Origin: Entomortierella parvispora E1425
Taxonomy: Eukaryota > Fungi > Mortierellomycota
Direction of reading: 5' to 3'
Length of the DNA: 64,000 bases
Assembly (NCBI GenBank): GCA_020891255.1
Contig: BQFW01000002.1
Coordinates: 1,364,001 to 1,428,000 of the forward strand
Shown: piece after piece, positions 35,399-47,011 of the stretch
How positions within the stretch are numbered: the stretch's first letter is position 1
Layout of the letters: each line of letters opens with the position of its first letter
Translations under genes and position numbers: made by a program
Notes under the pieces: generated by a model
The model's input: only the letters and a program-made list of their open reading frames with translations
Databases searched by the model: none
Told to the model about the DNA's origin: nothing

Positions 35399-37215
35399 TT
35401 TGATATCGGGTCGGTCAGAGCTGCAATAAAATTGTTCCCGATCTCTTCTTTTCTCTCGATCAATGATGTCTACCCAGCTCAGCTGGGCTTCTTGTTCAAT
35501 CTGCGATGGAAATCTGTTGGAGTGGCGATTGGAGTACCGTGCCTTGGGTTGCCGAGACAGGCAGCCCAGGGTCAGCGGCCAATGGCGGGTTATCTGTGTT
35601 CATCAATCTGGTTTACCTGATTACCTACTCGTGCTCCCTCGGTGAAGTACATACAAGCGTCGCGGATCCGTCCACTAAATAAAAAAAAAAACACACTTGC
35701 GCTTGACATTCGAGAGAAAGAGCACACGATCTTTTCTACCCAGTGTGCCTTGTACACTGGTGAGGGCGAATAGTCGGGGACCAGTACCATGCACGTGTGG
35801 TGTCATTGTGATCCATGTCGACATGCCGGGTTCCTTTGGTGCGTTCCCATGTTTCTCCTCGGGCGTAGGGGGTCGCGTTAGCACCTTCCTGTCCTCACCG
35901 AGGCAAAGGGGAGTGTTTACCCAAGAGACAAAGAGGAAATTGGCTGCTATCGAAAAAGGACGTTTCCACAACGAACGGATGTCTCGTAGAAAAGAAACGG
36001 ATGGAAAGGGCATGCATTTCTGATCAAGATTTGTGGGCGTTGGGTTGGGGTCCCCGGGGTTCTAATGGGCTGCATGAATTTGGGAATGGGGACCGAGCTC
36101 GTGAGTGATGTCGCTACAGACAGTCAGGTATGTCACCTCTTTCCACATCGGCGCTCGTTACTACAGTAGGTACTATACCTTTCAGCCAAGTTGGGCAGCA
36201 AAGACGTCAGTTGGGGGTCAATGGGCCCTCATTTCCGTCTATCTTCAGGCTGGCTTCTATTTTTACACTCACACAATAGAAGCACCGCACACCACCACGC
36301 GCGGATGGACAGGGAATGAAGAGCAAAGAGTAATTAAGAGGCACAAAGGTCCGACGAGGCAGTGTTGCTTTGCCCTGGAGGGTTTTCTCAGGGGGGTCAA
36401 GTCAACAGAGCAGGCCAAGGGAAAGGATGTCAACGAGTGTGTTGCTGCCTGCAACGAGCCCCTGTCTGTTTGTTGTCTGTTGCCTGTTTGCTTCTTTCCC
36501 CTGCCCGCCTGCTGCTCTCTTCTGCAGGCACATCACACCCCCATCCTTCTTCTCTTTTCTGTCAAACTGCTTCCAAATCCGTCCTTGCTCTTTCCTCTTT
36601 TGTCGTCCTCCTTTTCCTTCTTCTTTCTTCTCCTTCTCCTTCCTGTCGACATCTCCATCTGCTTCCTCCCATTCCTGCATTGCTGCATCCCGATCGCACT
36701 CTTTCTCTCTTTTTCTCTTCTCTCCCTCTCTCTCCCTCTCTCTCTATCTCTCTCGCTCGCTCTTTATTTTTCTCTTTTTTTTTGTTTGCTCTCATTCGAT
36801 AATCGCACCTCTACAGAAAAAGAAGGCGAAACAGCAAACACTCCACCTCGTTTCTTTCTTTCCTTCTTTCCTTCCTTTCTGCTTTTCCTTGACCTTCCTC
36901 ATTCGCTCCTCATCACATTCGCCCCCTGTCGCGACATTGCCATCCGTGTTTGACTGATCCCATCCAGGTTCGAGACCTTCTGCTTTCCCGATCAGTCCTC
37001 TCTCGTTGGACCAGTCAAAAGGCGCCGTGCCTGAATCCCTTCCTCTGTCCGCTCCACTCACCGTTGTCCGCCTTGCTTTCTTTCCTCTTTTAGTACCCTC
37101 TTTCTTTGGCAGGACTGCAATTGCTTCGCGCCTTCTTGCCTTTGAACTAAAAACAACACTCCTTTGCGCCATAACGAAAACAAAAAGAGGATAAAACGAC
37201 ACTCCATCACCGGCC

Positions 37216-38997
37216 ATGCTGTACTTGACAAAGGACTTGTTCCCGGTCTTTGTACCGTTGGGTGTGGTAGGATTCTATCGCTACCTGTGGTTCACGATCA
37301 AGTTGCTGGCCTACTTTTTCTACAGACCCATGATGCCCAAGGAGAACCCCACTTATAGACCCGAGTACGACGTGACCATTATCGTGCCCACCATCGATGC
37401 CGGAGAAGAGTTCAAGGAAGCCGCACACTCGTGGCTGGTCAACAACCCAAAGGAGATCATCATCATCACAGAGACAAAGATGCGGGATGCTCTCCAGGAA
37501 CTCGCCAACTCGGTGGACCCTACCAGGATCCGCGTCTTGACCGTCCCCAAGGCCAACAAACGTCTACAGATGGTCGAGGGTATCCGCAACACCACCAGTG
37601 AAATCATTGTCTTTGCTGACGACGACGCTATCTGGCCCCCTACCGCACTGGAGTACATCCTTGCTTGCTTTGAGGACCCCAACATGGGCGGCGTGGGCAC
37701 ATCCCAGACTGTAAAGTCCGTGGGTCGTTACCAGACCGTGTGGGAGGTCCTAGCCGGCTTCCGTCTCACTATCCGAAATATCGAAATTGCAGCCTCCACC
37801 CATATCGACGGCGGCGTTTGTTGTCTGTCAGGACGTACAGCAGCCTACCGCACTTGTATCCTGCAGGACCCCGCCTTCCAATACGAATTCACACACGATT
37901 TCTGGCTGGGCAAGTACCCGCTCAATTCTGGAGACGACAAGTTCTTGACGCGCTGGATGGTCTTTCACGGCTGGAACACCTATGTGCAAGTCTGTAAAGA
38001 AGCCGAATTACTGTCAACGTTCAAGAACAACTGGCGTTTTGTCAAGCAAGTGCTGCGATGGACTCGAAACACCTGGCGATCCGATTTCCGGTCCCTTTTC
38101 ACAGAACGCAAGATCTGGAGCCGTCATCCTTATGTGGCCTTTACGATGGTCGACAAGATCTTTAACCCCATTACGCTGCTGTCAGGTCCCATCTCGGTCA
38201 TTGTCATGGCCAGTGAGGGCAAGTTCCATTTGCCGATCTGGGACATTGTCATTTCGTATGTTGTCTGGTTGATGTTGACAAGAATCGTCAAGCTGCTGCC
38301 TCACTTGTTCAAGCGACCCCAGGATATTATTTGGGTGCCTGCCTTTTTGATCTTTGGTTACTATTTCGCCATCATGAAGATTTACGCCCTCTTTACTTTG
38401 CACGAGGTTGGTTGGGGTACGCGTGCCGGTATTGACCAGACGCCTGCTGAATTGGCCGCTCAGGAGAAGGAGAGGAAGCTCAACGAACAACAAGACCAGG
38501 ACCAGGAAAAAGATGCGCTCGAGAGTCGGGAAGCTGCTACCCAGGCCGCCATTGCCGCCGCTGCCGCTGCCGCCACCCATTACGAAGCGCAGCAACAGGA
38601 ACAGCAGCTCTTGTCGCGGCCTTACTCTCAGGACATGGTCCCTCGACCGGATTCACCTGGCAGTGCCGATCTTATCCGTCATTTCAGTCGGCAACAAGAA
38701 CATCAAGCTCAGCTGCAATCTCAGCGACAACTACAGAGACAGGCTTCAAGGCGACTTCAAGACCTGGAAGAGGACGAGACAAACGATGGAGTGTACGAGT
38801 ACAACCAAGATGATGAGCTGGCTCAATACTTTGCACAGGCAGATGCGGCCATGCTTGCACTAGACCAACAACCGCAATATGAGGGCTACGGTGGACCCTC
38901 CATGTACAACTATGGCGGCGCAAGCTCGGCAATAGATGAGTACGGCCGGGATCCGAATGACTCGAGTCGCAAAGGACCTGGCGGAGGATACCGTTAA
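37216..38997 (+). CDS. Processive GT2 polysaccharide synthase, Cps1-like, intronless
   Basis: FADDDAIW (DxD), SGRTAAYR, SGDDKFLTRW, KQVLRW (QxxRW), N- and C-terminal TM helices. Confidence 0.88.
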   Translation: MLYLTKDLFPVFVPLGVVGFYRYLWFTIKLLAYFFYRPMMPKENPTYRPEYDVTIIVPTIDAGEEFKEAAHSWLVNNPKEIIIITETKMRDALQELANSVDPTRIRVLTVPKANKRLQMVEGIRNTTSEIIVFADDDAIWPPTALEYILACFEDPNMGGVGTSQTVKSVGRYQTVWEVLAGFRLTIRNIEIAASTHIDGGVCCLSGRTAAYRTCILQDPAFQYEFTHDFWLGKYPLNSGDDKFLTRWMVFHGWNTYVQVCKEAELLSTFKNNWRFVKQVLRWTRNTWRSDFRSLFTERKIWSRHPYVAFTMVDKIFNPITLLSGPISVIVMASEGKFHLPIWDIVISYVVWLMLTRIVKLLPHLFKRPQDIIWVPAFLIFGYYFAIMKIYALFTLHEVGWGTRAGIDQTPAELAAQEKERKLNEQQDQDQEKDALESREAATQAAIAAAAAAATHYEAQQQEQQLLSRPYSQDMVPRPDSPGSADLIRHFSRQQEHQAQLQSQRQLQRQASRRLQDLEEDETNDGVYEYNQDDELAQYFAQADAAMLALDQQPQYEGYGGPSMYNYGGASSAIDEYGRDPNDSSRKGPGGGYR

Positions 38998-39540
38998 GAA
39001 CCCCATCCCACATTATTTTTTTTTAAAAATACCATTGATTTTCCTCATTTATCTTTTTGCATGCTGCCTTTTCCCTAGTTCTTGTTACCTGTCAATCTAA
39101 CTTTGCACATACAGTAATACAATCTTGTCTAAAAACAAACATCGTACCTCCATGACAGTACACACTTTGCGGCGCATGCTAATTCGGTCTGTCATGTCCA
39201 AATCCATCGAAAGAGCAGGGTCATGATATTTTTCCGTGTGCCTGAGAAAATCCATAGACGCTAGGCACAACGCCACCAATTTCAGTCATGGGCCTTGTCA
39301 CCATTACCACAAGGGCCATCGCAAAAAAAAAAAAAAGACGAACAGTGCGCTTGTGCCCTCTGCTCGGATCCACGGGCCGTCCCTAACGTTGTCTGCCTTG
39401 TGTGTTTCTCTTTCCTTCTTTTCTTTCTTTTCTTTTTTCTTTTTCTTTCTCCTCATTCACCCATTCTTTCGACCTCATTCCAGGACCGAATCTCAAAGGA
39501 CAAGCAAAACAAGAACAGGAGCAGACAGGACGAATCTTGG

Positions 39541-41519
39541 ATGTTTGGCTCAATCAGAGGCCGTTTATTTCAGCCTTCACTCGCAGAAGTGCTTCTCAAC
39601 ATAAAACCACACGCCATCGGAACCGTCGCTTTTCCTAGCCCTCACACCCATGCAGTCAAAACAGCAAGCCAGGTGTGCGCGTCTGGCAGTAGTAAGGCCG
39701 GCCATTGGACACGTCGACTGGATGGATTCAAGACCGTCCCTGGCATCACGGAGGTTTCTCGGTCATTGAAAAATGCATCTCCCCTTCTGCCCTCCTTGCT
39801 GTCTGCGCCCAGAAACCGTTCATGGACACAGTGGCGGACCTTCACTGAGACTAGTTTATCCGCGGGCGCTGCCCGGCCCGTGTTTGCAGTGACACCAACG
39901 TTCGCAACAACAGTGTCGCGAGGGGGTCCAGGAAAGACGTTGGCTTTGATGGTCGGAGGAACTACTTCCCCTGCACGACGGTTCTTTTCTATCCAACCGA
40001 CGAAACCATGGCAGCAAAAGAATGGCAACGGCAACGGCAATGGTCACGGTCATGGTCATGAACATCGATATGATACATCCATCTTGACGGACGATCCTAC
40101 CCAGGCACTTCAGAAATCTTTGGCATCTGTTCCTCAATACGCTTCCAAGAATGAGATCAAGCTGCGGGTCACGGAGCTGGACATGTACGGCAACATCAAG
40201 ATGACGGCTGGCGAATTTTTGAAGACGGATCTCTGTCAACAGGTGAGTGAGTGTTACTTGTGGGAAGGTGGACCCGTACTTTACTGCTGTAAATGGTCTT
40301 TTTTTTTGTCCATGTGACTCTTGTACGAGGAGAGGAGGGATGAAGAGTGGATGCCGTCATTTTCGAGATGCTCACTGACATTTTGTTACCATGCTTTTTT
40401 TTTTTTTTTTTTTTTTGTTTTTTGACGCCAAGTTTGGATTGCACCCTCGAGACTTGAGAAAGATTGACGGAGGATTCAGTCAACAGATTCCTGTAGTTTT
40501 AGTGCGACCTGAGGTCATCCTGGTCAACCTGGGCAACATTCGGGCCTTGATCAAATCAGATCTAGTTTTGCTTTTTGATCTTCCGGACGAAAAGTCGCCG
40601 TATGAACCCTCATTGTTTGTCAAGGACCTGCAGGAAAAGCTGAAGAGTAACCCCGGAACATTTTTAGGGCAACCATTTGAGTTTAGGTAAGATTGAAAAA
40701 AAACAGAAAGGAGCACTCTTGGAGATGGCCTAAGCCATCGCGATCGCTAACCTGTTACTGTACTATTGTTGGACGGCGATCCAAAAGGGTCTTGGAATCC
40801 ATTTTTATCTCTGTCGTGGCGTCGCTCCATGCGGAAATGGAAGTGTTGGCCCACCTTGTGATGGGCTTGCTCGGTCATTTGGAAAACAAGGTCGACCAAA
40901 AAGAACTCAAGGAGCTACTCCTGTACACGAAAAAAGTGGGCCGGTTCGAGTCCAAGACACTGTTGATCAGGGATGTGTTTGAAGAATTGCTCGAAGCAGG
41001 TAAGTCCTTTCTTTTTTTTAAAAGAGGCGAAGACTTGGATGAAGGACCATGTTTGACTTTGTGAATCACTCACACTTACTTTGTATCAACGCATCTTGAA
41101 AAGACGAGGATCTGGCCGCCATGTACCTCACGGAAAAGAAGAGAGGCCACCCGCGACCCACTGACTCACATGACGAGATGGAAATCCTTTTGGAGGCATA
41201 TGTCAAACAGGTGGAAGAGATTGCCAATGTGGTTGCCCTCGTGAAGCATCAGATTCAGTCGACCGAGGACTATGTGAACGTGATGTTGGACGCGAAAAGA
41301 AACCAAATTCTGTTGTTTGAGTTGCGGATCGCCATGGGTACCTTGGGTATCTCCAGTGGAGCCATCATTGCTGGACTCTACGGAATGAACATGCCAAACT
41401 ATCTCGAGGAGGACCCTCACGCGTTCGCAATGGTCACCGCGTCAGTGGCCATGATTTGTGCAACAGTGTTTAGCACATGTGCCAGGAAGCTGAGGATACT
41501 GGCCAAGGGAACGACGTAA
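39541..41519 (+). CDS. MRS2: Mitochondrial Mg2+ channel Mrs2/Lpe10 (CorA family); 4 exons
   Basis: Long presequence; FGLHPRDLRKID, QPFEF, EDEDLAAMYLT, EILLEAY, LDAKRNQ, GLYGMN (GMN motif), two TM helices. Confidence 0.92.
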
Positions 41520-41573
41520 AAAATGGATGGGGGCCTGATTATTTTCAAGGAGGTAGAAAAAGAGAGAATACAT

Positions 41574-42539
41574 TTATTTTGCACTCTTCTTTCCTGGTTC
41601 CTCTTTTTTAATCTCGTTCGTCCTGTCGGTCCTTGATGACTGGACAAGGGATCGCGTCAGGAGGATGGATTGTCGATAGGCGTAAAGGTCAAGACCTTCC
41701 ATGGATCGAAACGTTCTAGCTTGCATGACCCAATGTCCTCGATCGTACATGATTTCGCCAATGAAATCAACAAGCCCTCCAACATCAGCTTTCCAGCTGC
41801 CCAAGAGACTTGTATCTATCCTCAAGATAATTCGAGGTCCTGGCTTCCCCCTCGTAGACAAAGATCTCGACTGCGGAGGTGACTCTGAAGGATCCCGCCT
41901 TTTTTCTGTGGTGTCGTTCCTGCTGTTATTTCCGTCCTCCTCGTCGGTGGACATTTCATCGTCTGTGGATGCCGCTGTGAGATCGATGGTGAACACGTCT
42001 ATGGCTTTGTTCTGAGGAGGATCATTGTCCAGCATGATGACATCCCCATCGCCGTCGTGTTCGTCTTCCCGATCACTATTGATTTCAATCGCATTGGATT
42101 GACAATTCTCCAAGGCTTTGGTACCACTTGCACTTTCCGTCCTATCGTGTGCCTCGTGAATGTTTTTCTTGCCAAGTTGTCCATGCTTGTGCGGACTGGA
42201 AAGGCGGCGATGCTGCTGCTTGGCAGAGGAGGAGGCTTTGGGCCTTGGAGGGGAAATGTGCTCGTGGTGGAAGCACGACTCTAGTCTTGCCTGTTCTGTC
42301 GCGGGGTCATAGTCCAGCAGCCTAAAGAGACAAAAGTCAGTTGTGTTGTCCTGGAGAACAGGGTCCTCTTTGTGTTCAAGAGATGCGGCAAGAGCAGCGT
42401 GGGAAGTTGGGGGACGTGTATCCTACCGTCCTAGCACTCGACAGAGACCAATGGACGTCTTCACTTTGGGATTGGTTCGCCTGAGAATGTCATGGACCTC
42501 ATTCAGAAAGAGGATCCTGTATTGTGGCGTCGCGTCCAT
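41574..42539 (-). CDS. TEN1: CST complex subunit Ten1 (OB fold) with long internal insertion; 2 exons
   Basis: MDATPQYRILFLNEV...CRVLG|RLLDYD and VGGLVDFIGEI...MQARTFRSMEGLDLYAYRQSI resemble the two halves of human TEN1 (RTFGRLCLYD; VGSLYIVLGEL...KARVLTCVEGMNLPLLEQAI), compared from memory. Confidence 0.75.
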
Positions 42540-43076
42540 CACTGATCCATGGCGATGGCGATGGTGATGTCAGGTAGGGATGCACGAGTGAGGAGGAACA
42601 GGATGGAATGATGGATGGAATGACGGAATGATGCACGGACTGACGACTGAGCAAAGTTGCAAAGTGAATGCAAAAAAAAAGAGATCAAAAAAAAAAAAAA
42701 AAAGAGATCAAAAAAAGAGAGAGATCCCGCCCAAAAGCAGTAGTGATGGTCACCCTTTGTGTCCACGAGGGAAACGGGCGGGGTTAAGGCTGTGTGTGCC
42801 TGCATGCATCCATGTGGCATGTTCATGTCTGATATCCTGTGTCCATATCTCTATCTCCATCTCGTAGGCACGCACGCATTGCTCTGCGCTGCGCTGCAGA
42901 CGACGCCAGACAGCCAGGCAGCTCTTCCCTCTTGCTGTTCACAGGATGTGTCTACCAGCTAGTCCTTTCCATTGCGTCTTCTGACCCCAGCCTCTAAAGC
43001 TTTTTCTGTCTCTACCTTACCGGCTCATTTCTTTGCTGTCCCACGGTCCATTCGGTCCATTGGCGTCGAGTATAAC

Positions 43077-43083
43077 TATAAAA
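43077..43083 (+). promoter_or_regulatory. Putative TATA box of the first GNAT gene
   Basis: TATAAAA about 97 bp upstream of ATG 43174, with a reverse CCAAT (ATTGG) about 15 bp upstream of it. Confidence 0.5.
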
Positions 43084-43173
43084 CCAGTTCCTCCTCTCTT
43101 TTCTTGCTACCGTACTCATTCTTACCCCATTCTCTCTCCATTCTCTCATTCATTCACTCATTCTCTTCTCCCC

Positions 43174-44910
43174 ATGACAGTTCAAAGCATCCACTTTGCC
43201 GCCACTTCGCGTGCGCCCGTCGACTTGGGCAACGGCCTCATCATGCGCTGGTCTTCCAGGGCAGACACAGCCAACGTCAGTGCCCTCGTTGGCGCGTCAT
43301 TCCGGGTAACTTGCAATTCTTTTCGCCCCACTCATCATGCATTCTCCGTGCAACCGCTCTTGCTTACTCAGCCCTCTTTTTTCTCTATTTCAATGTAGTG
43401 GATGACCTTTCATAATCCACCCGCTGACGGTGTGATCCCAGGACCTAACGAATTCTTTGCCGCTGGCGCTGTAAAAATCCATCTTGCATTCCCTTTCATG
43501 TTCATGTTTCGTTCAATCAGTCGTCCAAGGGATAAACTAATTCGTTTTCATGATATCCGACTGTAGAGACGCCTCTTGACCGGCAAGAATGCAACCATGA
43601 GCGAACACGATTACGCCCTGATCGAGGACACCAAGCGTGAAGAGGGCAAGAACCCCATCGTGGCCTGTGTCTCGCTCCACCGCTTGCGCGCCTTTTATGG
43701 ATCGGTTGATCTCTTTTTTGGAAAACCTGAATTGGTTGCTACAGACCCCGAATACCGCAACCAGGGGTTCGTCCGTAAACTGTTGAAGGAAATGATCCAC
43801 CCAGAGTCAGACGCCCGAGGCGACGTTCTGCAGCTCATCCCAGGCATCCCTCACTTTTACCGTCAGTTTGGATACGAGTACGCCTTGTGCTCGTTCAACT
43901 CGGGCAAGATCGAGGACGTTGAAAAGTTGCCAAAGCTGGGAAAGGATCAAAAAATGGAGCCTTATAGACTTCGCAAGGCTACGGAAGACGACATCCCGTA
44001 TCTAGTGAGCATGAGCACCAAGGACAGGGTCGACCCTTGCGCAGAGGTGGGACTGTACTATGGTCAAGAATACTGGCAGTGGACCGTCCATGACATTTAT
44101 CAGGTGCCACTGAACAAGAAAATCGACCGCAACCGAGACTCCCAGATCGTGGTCGATGCAGCGACCGGCGAGGATGTCGGCTTTACGGTGACCTCCCAGG
44201 CATTCGGATTGAAGATCGAGGTCTTTGTGGTGGACTCTAGCAAGGCCTTTATCAGCGAGGCGTTGTATCCTATCCTTCGTGGTCTGGCTGCGAATGAAAA
44301 GAAGCGACTCGAGGCGCTCAAGGCCGCAGAGACCGATGCGGAGGAGGCCGAGAAGATCAAGACAGAGGGTTTCTCCATGCTCGTTGGACTCCCTCAAGCA
44401 CACCCTGTCTGTCAACTCTTGGGACCTACCATGACGCCCCCTGGCAAACTCCCTGGGTTCAGATTCTTCACCCGTATTGCTGATTACGCAAAATTCATCA
44501 AGGCTGTACAGCCAGAGCTGGAGAAGCGATTGGCCAACTCGCCCATGGCAGGAACGACGGGTCGAGTGCAATTGGACTTTTACCGTATTGTAGAGGGCAA
44601 CAACGCCAAGGGACTCGAGATTGTGCTGGAGAAGGGCAAGATGGTCGAGATCCACCATTGGGCCAAGCCTTCATATGAGCAGAATGTGGAGCAGTTCTTG
44701 AAAGACCAAAAGGAAGGCAAGCCCAAGCCCAGGACTTTCAGAGCTGCATTTGCGCCTTTGACGTTTACAGCCTTGGTGACTGGCGAGCGTAGCTTTGAAG
44801 AGCTGCAGTTCAGCTATGGCGAGAACACCTGTGAAAGCGACGATGCGCGCTTGCTGCTGAACATTCTGTTCCCCAAGGTGACGCAGCACGTCGATACCTT
44901 CTACTGGTAG
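43174..44910 (+). CDS. Eis-like GNAT N-acetyltransferase, copy 1; exons 43174-43305, 43399-43470, 43567-44910
   Basis: ELVATDPEYRNQG (motif A), GIPHFYRQFGY (motif B), SCP2-like C-terminal region. Confidence 0.85.
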
Positions 44911-45142
44911 GGTTAGAGAATGAACCAAAACGTCCATATTTAGAGAATGAGCCAACAAATGAAAAAAAAAAAAAACCAGTTGCTGACTTGGCGTTGGGCT
45001 TAGAGGGTTTCTGTATTGCTGTATTGCCATGAAAATAATGGCTCCAACGAGTCCAAGCTGTTCCACAAGAACGGAATCAGCCTAGGTCATTGGGCATCCC
45101 GCTTCTTTCTTTCTTTCTCATTCATCCCCATTCATTCTAATC

Positions 45143-46890
45143 ATGACAAAAGACAGCATTCACTTTCGAGCTTCCTCAACTGCGCCTGTCGACCTCGGGA
45201 ACGGTCTGGTGATGCGATGGTCTACCAAGGACGACACTGACAACATTTGCTCGCTAGTCGGCGCGTCTTTTAAGGTACGGAGGATCGTGCAACTCAGCGC
45301 AGTAACAGAGAATGGCGCTTTGGGTCTCATCTGACCCATCTTTTCCCCTCTTGTCCGTATCCAGTGGATGACATTTCCAGGGCCTGTTTCAGAAGGTGTT
45401 TTCCCAGGTCCCAACGAGCTGTTGATCGCCAGTGTTGTAAGTTTTTTTTTTTTTTTTTTTTTGTCATTTTCCGTTTATTTACAAGGGACTTGATCCATGT
45501 ACAATTCCATGCAAAAATTCATTGACAATAGAGACGACTCATGAGTGGCAAGAATGCATCTATGAGTGAATATGACCATGCAGTGGTCGAGGACACTCAA
45601 AGAAGGAAACAACCAGGCCACGAGAACGCGAACCCCATTGTCGCCTGTGCGGGGCTCCATCGCGCTCGAGCCTTTTACGGCTGTGTCCCGCTCTTCTTTG
45701 GCAAACCCGAGCTGATCGCCACCGATGTCGAGTACAGGGGCCAAGGTCTTGTACGTCGACTGATGATGGAGATGATCCACCCGGAATCGGATGCTCGAGG
45801 GGATGCCCTCCTATTCATTGCTGGTTTACCCAACTTTTATCGACAGTACGGATACGAGTATGCCATCAGTCGATTCAACCCAGGAAAGATTGCCAATGTC
45901 GATAAATTCCCGGGCGTCGGAAAGGATCAACAGGAACCGTACAGACTGCGACGGGCGACCCAGGAGGACTTGCCCTTCTTGTTGAAGATGAGCGCCAAGG
46001 AACGTGTGGATCCTCATACAGAGATGGGCTTGGCCTATGGCCCAGAGTATTGGCAGTACACCGTCTGCGATAATACCCCGGAGAATGCCATGGACAAGCG
46101 ATTCGATGGCGATCGGGATACGCAGGTTGTGGTCGATAGTGCTACTGGAGAGGATGTAGGCTTTACGATTGTATCTCATATCAAGGGATTGAAGCTCGAG
46201 GCCCTGTCGCTCATGAACGAAAAGGTCTTTATCGGCGAAGCCATCTATCCAATCGTAAGGGCTCTAATCGCGAACGAAAAGAAGCTGCAAGAGAGACGGA
46301 AAGCAGAGGAGCTGGATCCAGTGGCGGCAGAAAAGATTCAAACGAGCGGATACCCTTTTGTCATCAACCTTCCATTGACTCATCCAGCGCGCCAGAACTT
46401 GGCTCCGGTGTTGGAGGCGCCCGACACAGCCCCCGGCTACCGTTTATATGCTCGCATCCCGGACTACGCAAAGCTTATCAAGCAGGTCCAACCCGAGCTC
46501 GAGAGACGATTGGCTCAATCGCCCATGGCGGGCATCACAGGCCGACTTCAGTTGGACTTTTATCGCGTCGTTGAAGGCAGCAACGCCAAGGGCCTTGAAA
46601 TCGTGTTCCAGAAGGGCCATATTGTCGAGGTGCAACATTGGGTCATGCCATCGCATGAGAAACAGCTCGAATTGTTTTTGAAAAACCAAAAGGAGGGTCT
46701 ACCCAAGACCCGGATCTTTGCAGCTGCCTTTGCGCCCTTGACGTTTACGACCTTGATCACAGGGGATCGAAGTTTGGAGGAGCTGCAGTTGAGCTATGGC
46801 GAGAACACATGTGCCGACGAGAGCACGCGCATGCTGTTGAACAGTTTGTTCCCAAAGGTGCTTCATCATATGGACACTTCCTTCATGTGA
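45143..46890 (+). CDS. Eis-like GNAT N-acetyltransferase, copy 2 (tandem paralog); exons 45143-45274, 45365-45436, 45532-46890
   Basis: ELIATDVEYRGQG and GLPNFYRQYGY; first two exon sizes (132 and 72 nt) identical to copy 1. Confidence 0.85.
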
Positions 46891-47011
46891 AGATTAGTTT
46901 TTTGTAGACATTTGCTGTCAATTTATTTACAATGCTTGTCATGCGTCTTTTTTTTTTGTTTTTTTTTATTCTTGCTTCTTGCTTCTTGTTTTTTCGGTAC
47001 TCTTTTGATCA

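Noticed and set aside
36967-36977. GGTTCGAGACC, resembling a tRNA T-loop/B-box
   Set aside because: No A-box, D-arm or acceptor stem can be folded around it. At most an isolated TFIIIC site, which is not supportable.
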